Source of the DNA: Minisyncoccia bacterium
Lineage (GTDB): Bacteria > Patescibacteriota > Minisyncoccia > Phycocordibacterales > Phycocordibacteraceae
Assembly: GCA_050011835.1 (NCBI GenBank)
Contig: JBEKII010000001.1
Span: forward strand, 172,262 to 236,261
Reading direction: 5' to 3'
Length of the DNA stretch: 64,000 bases
Shown: one piece after another, positions 59,600 to 64,000 of the stretch
Position numbering within the stretch: position 1 is the first letter of the stretch
Layout: each line of letters opens with the position of its first letter
The notes under the pieces: generated by a model
What the model saw: the letters and a program-made list of their open reading frames with translations, nothing else
Database searches by the model: none
What the model was told of the DNA's origin: nothing
Translations under genes and position numbers: made by a program

Positions 59600-61810
59600 T
59601 CATTTCGCCACCGCGACGGCTTCGTCAAATTTAACGGACAATAATTTCGAGACACCGTCGCCGCCCATCGTGACGCCATAGAGGATATTTGTGCGGCTCA
59701 TGGTCTCGCGATTATGCGTAATAACGATAAGTTGGGACTTCTGCGCGAGGTTCTCTATCATATCGCCGTAGCGGCGGCTATTCGCTTCGTCAAGTGCAGC
59801 ATCGGTCTCGTCCAAAATAAGGAACGGCGGCGGATTCACTTGGCTCATCGCGAAGATAAGCGCGATAGAAGTGAGGGCCCGCTCGCCACCCGAAAGTTGC
59901 ATAAGAGAATGGATTTTCTTTTTTGGCAGATTGACCATGATTTCAATACCTGGCCTTTGTTTCTCTATTTCCATGTCTTCGTCCAATGACTCCTCAACGT
60001 CCTCACCCTCAGCTTCGGACTCCGGTTCCTCTAACACAAGTCGCGCACTTCCGCCACCGAACATAAGTGCGAAATATTCGTTGAATGATGCATTAACCTT
60101 GGAGAGTCCTTCGGAAAAATGTTTTGCGAGTTCCGTATCTAAATCGTGAATGAGCGCGCCCAAGCCTGCGGAGGACTTCGCGAGGTCTTCAAGCTCGGTG
60201 GAGAGAAACGCTTCACGTTCTTTAACTTCTTTGTGTTCCTGGCGGATTTCTTCGCTTGTGCCCCCCGCTTCTTCCAAACGAATCTTCATGCGTTCAAGAG
60301 CGCGCTTCCGATCCTCTTGAATCTTGCGCTCCTCCGCCGGCAATTTCACGAGCGGTTCGTAGGAGAGGGCCGCCGCACCGGCAAGAGCGAGCGCCTCTGC
60401 TTTATTCCGCTCAAGTTCTTCGGAAAGGAGTTTGAGTTCATGTTCTCGCGCATCGGCTTTCGCTATTTCGCTCTCCTCATGCGCCTTTGACTGCGCGGAA
60501 TCCAGAATCCGCCGCCGAATCTCGCGGCCAGTTTCCTCCAAGGCAAGCATTGCTTCACGCGCCCGCATTCGGGCGGATTCCGCTTTTTCAAGGTCGGCTG
60601 ATAGTGCGGCATATTTTTCAGCCAGCTTCGCGCGCTCTGTCTCAAGCCGAAGCGCGGCGTCTTCTTCGTCGGAAAATTGCTCATCATGCGGAGCGCCATG
60701 CCGCGTGAAAAATAGTTTAACTGCGGAGTGGATGGCCATGAGCGCCGCACGCAATCCTTCAATTTTTTCGCCTGCGCCAGTGACCTGTCGTTCAACTTCA
60801 TAATGCAATGCTTCCAGCTCCTCGCGCGGAACCTTCGCGTACGGCTCGCGCGCGACCGTTGTCGCGCGGCGCTTCACTTCGCTGAATGCTCCTTCAACTC
60901 GACCTACCTCGCGCGAAAGTTCGGCGCGGCGAGCAGAAAGTTCTGCGACCTCGTGTTCCGCCTTCTGAAGCGCTTCGGCGCGCTTCATCGTTTCGCGATC
61001 TGCTGACTTCGGGTCCGCGACCCTATCAAGCTCAATTTTTGCGAGAGCAAGGTGCTCAATCGCGTCTTGTTTTTTTTCTGTGACTTTCAGCTTTTCGCGC
61101 GCAAGATATGCATCTTCCGATACGAAATAGATTTGTGCGAGACCAACGAGATTGGAACGAAGAGTGTCAGCACGTTCAAATTTTTTAACTTGGCTCTCAA
61201 GGAAACGCAGATGCGGCACAAGTTCTCTCCGGAGAGAATTCACTTGCGCGATATTTTCTTCCGTTTTTTGTAGCTTCCGCTGTGCTTCGCGCTTCTTGAA
61301 TTCGTATATTTTGAGCCCGAGCGCATCTTCCAACATTGCACGGCGCTCTTGAGTAGAGGCAAGCAATATCCGGTCCGCCTCACCTTGAGAAATAATGTGG
61401 TGACCTGTTCCGGCGATATTTGCGCCAGCAAGCAGTTCTTCAATGTCGCGGAGACGCACGCGCGAGCCATTAATGGAATATTCGCTCACCCCGTCGCGGA
61501 AGACAACGCGCTCAATTGTAACCTCATCAAAATCAATCTTGAAAGAATGGCGGGAATTATCAAAGATAATGGCGATCGCCGCGCGATTCGCGCGCGGCAT
61601 TGAATGCGAACCGCCCCAGATGAGGTCTTCGGCGCGCTTACCGCGCATGCTTTTCATTGATTGTTCGCCAAGGGCGAAACGGAACGCTTCAGCGACATTG
61701 CTTTTCCCGGAACCGTTGGGACCGACGATCGCCGTGGTCGCGCTTGAAAAATCCAAGACGGTCTTCTTGGCAAACGACTTAAATCCGACGATTTCCAATC
61801 GCTTGAGCAT
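59600..61810 (-). CDS. smc: SMC-family chromosome segregation ATPase, short hinge-less form (about 736 aa)
   Basis: N-terminal MLKRLEIVGFKSF...GPNGSGKSN, C-terminal LSGGERALTSIALIFA...LDETDAALD; central region pure coiled coil with no hinge. Confidence 0.75.
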   Translation of the reverse strand: MLKRLEIVGFKSFAKKTVLDFSSATTAIVGPNGSGKSNVAEAFRFALGEQSMKSMRGKRAEDLIWGGSHSMPRANRAAIAIIFDNSRHSFKIDFDEVTIERVVFRDGVSEYSINGSRVRLRDIEELLAGANIAGTGHHIISQGEADRILLASTQERRAMLEDALGLKIYEFKKREAQRKLQKTEENIAQVNSLRRELVPHLRFLESQVKKFERADTLRSNLVGLAQIYFVSEDAYLAREKLKVTEKKQDAIEHLALAKIELDRVADPKSADRETMKRAEALQKAEHEVAELSARRAELSREVGRVEGAFSEVKRRATTVAREPYAKVPREELEALHYEVERQVTGAGEKIEGLRAALMAIHSAVKLFFTRHGAPHDEQFSDEEDAALRLETERAKLAEKYAALSADLEKAESARMRAREAMLALEETGREIRRRILDSAQSKAHEESEIAKADAREHELKLLSEELERNKAEALALAGAAALSYEPLVKLPAEERKIQEDRKRALERMKIRLEEAGGTSEEIRQEHKEVKEREAFLSTELEDLAKSSAGLGALIHDLDTELAKHFSEGLSKVNASFNEYFALMFGGGSARLVLEEPESEAEGEDVEESLDEDMEIEKQRPGIEIMVNLPKKKIHSLMQLSGGERALTSIALIFAMSQVNPPPFLILDETDAALDEANSRRYGDMIENLAQKSQLIVITHNRETMSRTNILYGVTMGGDGVSKLLSVKFDEAVAVAK

Positions 61811-61919
61811 TATGCAGATAGTATAACGCGCCATGCGCCGTTCGGCTCGTAGCACGCGATATCCACAGCCTCTTACATACTCGTTTTATCTATGCTACCT
61901 TGCTCTAACAAGGTACTAT

Positions 61920-62249
61920 ATGGAATCTGGTATCCACGAGAAATTCACCGCCATCCGCAAAGGACTCCTCGAGTTCTTGGTGGCGAAAATTATCGCCGCC
62001 GAGAGCGTGTATGCGGCCGACATTCTCAACCGGGTTTCCAGTACCGAGTTCAGTACCCAAGAAGGCACGCTCTATCCCCTCTTGTCGAAGATGCGGCGCG
62101 AAGGACTGCTCGATTATGAGTGGCAGGAGTCTGAGAACGGTCCGCCGCGCAAATATTATCGGCTGACCGCTAAGGGCAAGGATCAGCTCGCGGCCTTGGA
62201 GAAATACTGGCAAGAGATTATCGCCACCGTTAAACATATTCAAAAATAA
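61920..62249 (+). CDS. PadR-family transcriptional regulator
   Basis: GTLYPLLSKMRREGLL...YYRLTAKG winged-helix signature. Confidence 0.75.
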   Translation: MESGIHEKFTAIRKGLLEFLVAKIIAAESVYAADILNRVSSTEFSTQEGTLYPLLSKMRREGLLDYEWQESENGPPRKYYRLTAKGKDQLAALEKYWQEIIATVKHIQK

Positions 62250-62259
62250 TACCTTCCGT

Positions 62260-63099
62260 ATGAACAAAATTGTCACTATCAGCCTAAACGGAAACGCCTA
62301 TCAGGTTGAGGAAATCGGGCATGAAGCCCTCCAGGCATATCTTGACCGCGCGCGGAATCGGCTCGCCGGCAATCCGGACTGCGATGAGATTGTGCGTGAC
62401 CTTGAACAGGCGATTGCGGAGAAGTTCCAACGTTTCCTCGGCGCGCACAAAACGGTTGTCACCGGAATGGAAGTCGCTCAAGCGCTTGACGAAATGGGCC
62501 CCGTGGAAGATGCTGGCGAATCGCCGGGCCAGGAAAAATCCGCCGCCGGGCCTGCGGCAAAAAAATTGTATCGCATTCCGAACGGCGCCATTCTCGCCGG
62601 CGTTGCGAACGGTATTGCCACGTATTTTGACATTGATGTCACGCTGGTGCGCATTCTCTTCGTTTTGCTTACCATCTTCAGCGGCGGCGCGTGGGTCGTC
62701 GTGTATATCGCGATGGCCATCTTCGTACCGCGCGCCGATACGCCGGAGCAAATTTCGCATGCGCGCGGCGCACCCTTCAACGCGCAAGAAGTTATGAGCC
62801 GCGCACACCGTCTTGCCGAAGATATCCACACGAATGCGCACCACTGGAAACAGGAAAAGCGCGAATGGAGACGCCAGTGGCGCGAGGAGAAACGGCGTAT
62901 TAAGTGGGAGGCGCGGCAGCAATATCGCTGGCACCATCACCATCATTCGGTGATTGGAGAACTCGTCCAAATCGCGATATTGGTCGCAATCGCCTGGGCG
63001 GTCTACGCCTATATCCCGTCAATACATCCGTTCTATCAAACGGTCGGCGCCGATGTTCAATCGGGCTGGGCGTGGCTTAATGCAAAGGTGGTGCGCTAA
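62260..63099 (+). CDS. PspC-domain membrane protein
   Basis: LYRIPNGAILAGVANGIATYFDIDVTLVRILFVLLTIFSGGAWVVVYIAMAIF PspC domain; His-rich tail; second TM. Confidence 0.7.
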   Translation: MNKIVTISLNGNAYQVEEIGHEALQAYLDRARNRLAGNPDCDEIVRDLEQAIAEKFQRFLGAHKTVVTGMEVAQALDEMGPVEDAGESPGQEKSAAGPAAKKLYRIPNGAILAGVANGIATYFDIDVTLVRILFVLLTIFSGGAWVVVYIAMAIFVPRADTPEQISHARGAPFNAQEVMSRAHRLAEDIHTNAHHWKQEKREWRRQWREEKRRIKWEARQQYRWHHHHHSVIGELVQIAILVAIAWAVYAYIPSIHPFYQTVGADVQSGWAWLNAKVVR

Positions 63100-63156
63100 A
63101 GAAACAGGCTCTGTACGAACTTTCCATAAGAGCCTGTGCAATGAACTGACTTGAAA

Positions 63157-63438
63157 CTAACGGAACACATAGGCGGGCCATCCATGTGGGCGGCGACGAT
63201 TTTCATCCTTTCTGACAAAAAGGTTGTGTGTTTTAGCAAGAATCTCCACGAAATTTGTGAAGTCGGATTCCGTTCGAATGAAAGTCGCACGCTGTTTATT
63301 GTCGCCCCACCAAGTCAGTTGTTTACCATCCTTTTCGAACACCACAATGCTCCGGGCCTCAGGATCAAAGCAGATGCAGTGACCCGCCGTTAACGTTGTG
63401 GGGTTGCCCTTGCTATCCTTTAAAGCAATGTCCATCAA
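63157..63438 (-). CDS. hypothetical protein
   Basis: ORF only. Confidence 0.25.
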   Translation of the reverse strand: MMDIALKDSKGNPTTLTAGHCICFDPEARSIVVFEKDGKQLTWWGDNKQRATFIRTESDFTNFVEILAKTHNLFVRKDENRRRPHGWPAYVFR

Positions 63439-63493
63439 GGTCTCCTTTCTTTTGAAAAAGTTCTATACAAGCTCTCTGCCTTATAAAGTACGC

Positions 63494-64000
63494 CTACCAA
63501 CCCATTTTGTCAAGTCCCGCTTCCGCAGCCAGCTGCTCTGCTTCTTGCTTGCTCTGTCCTTCTCCGCGTGCAATTTCTTCATCGCCGATAAAAACACCGA
63601 CGGTAAAAAGCTTCGCGTGGTCGGGACCTTCTTCAGAAAGCGTTTCGTAGCGCGGTGTAACGCCGCGGTTCTCTTGCGCTATCTCTTGAAACCGGCTCTT
63701 CGCGTCTTGATAGGAGCGATGGGCGATAATCGCGTCAATTTTTTTGTAAAGATTTTTCGCGATGAACGTTTCGGCGTTCCCGAAGCCCGAATCAAGATAG
63801 ATGGCGCCGATAAGCGCTTCAAATGCGTCCGCAAGTATCACTTCGCGTGCGCGACCGGTGTCCTTCGCCTCGCCTTTTGAAAGCAGAAGATATTCATTAA
63901 TGCCGAGCGCTTGCGCGCTCTCGGCAAGAGATTGGGTATTTACCAAGGCGGCGCGATAGCTGGTGAGCTCTCCCTCCGGCGTGGCGGGAAATTTCTTAAA
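63494..64000 (-). CDS. rnc: ribonuclease III, N-terminally truncated by window end
   Basis: DAFEALIGAIYLD catalytic box and C-terminal dsRBD; frame stays open to 64000 (..EGELTSYRAAL). Confidence 0.85.
   Translation of the reverse strand, partial: FKKFPATPEGELTSYRAALVNTQSLAESAQALGINEYLLLSKGEAKDTGRAREVILADAFEALIGAIYLDSGFGNAETFIAKNLYKKIDAIIAHRSYQDAKSRFQEIAQENRGVTPRYETLSEEGPDHAKLFTVGVFIGDEEIARGEGQSKQEAEQLAAEAGLDKMGW

Overview
This 64-kb bacterial chromosomal segment has compact gene organisation, many small hypothetical genes and frequent overlapping start/stop codons. The gene repertoire looks like a Patescibacteria/CPR-type genome, but that placement is inference. Housekeeping genes found: miaA (5'-partial), tRNA-Trp, rpmG (L33, missed by the ORF track), clpB, a cysteine desulfurase, a cold-shock protein, panD, msrA-msrB, a MacAB-like tripartite ABC efflux set, a glycine-rich RRM protein, prmC, hisS, DsbA, rpoD-dnaG, rpoB-rpoC, rpsP-KH-trmD, rnr, a short hinge-less SMC, PadR-PspC and rnc (partial at the window end). 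Accessory content has four parts. (i) A carbohydrate cluster of three GH130-family glycoside-phosphorylase paralogs (four GH130 domains) followed by a eukaryotic-type phosphomannomutase-like HAD-IIB enzyme. (ii) A block of cell-envelope/secreted proteins at 20.7-27.7 kb: MliC-like, PAP2, CAP/SCP, PG-binding and a giant Ig/MBG-repeat surface protein. (iii) An AT-rich island at about 27.7-33.6 kb holding an array of short, mostly co-oriented genes. These genes are punctuated by at least 7 copies of a conserved composite junction element (hairpin ending GGGCGG + T-run + GTTYRAACATCCTCTATCCAGCGGAGCTGACA), and a RelE/RHH toxin-antitoxin pair sits in the array in inverse orientation. This is an integron-like or cassette-like array with no recombinase visible in the window, and it is the most novel-looking structure here. 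(iv) Isolated items: a Pif1/RecD-like helicase, a PD-(D/E)XK nuclease, a VirB2/TrbC-like membrane hairpin fused to an SLT lytic transglycosylase, and a candidate structured ncRNA in the convergent rnr/smc intergenic region. No CRISPR array, rRNA or recognisable transposase/integrase was seen.
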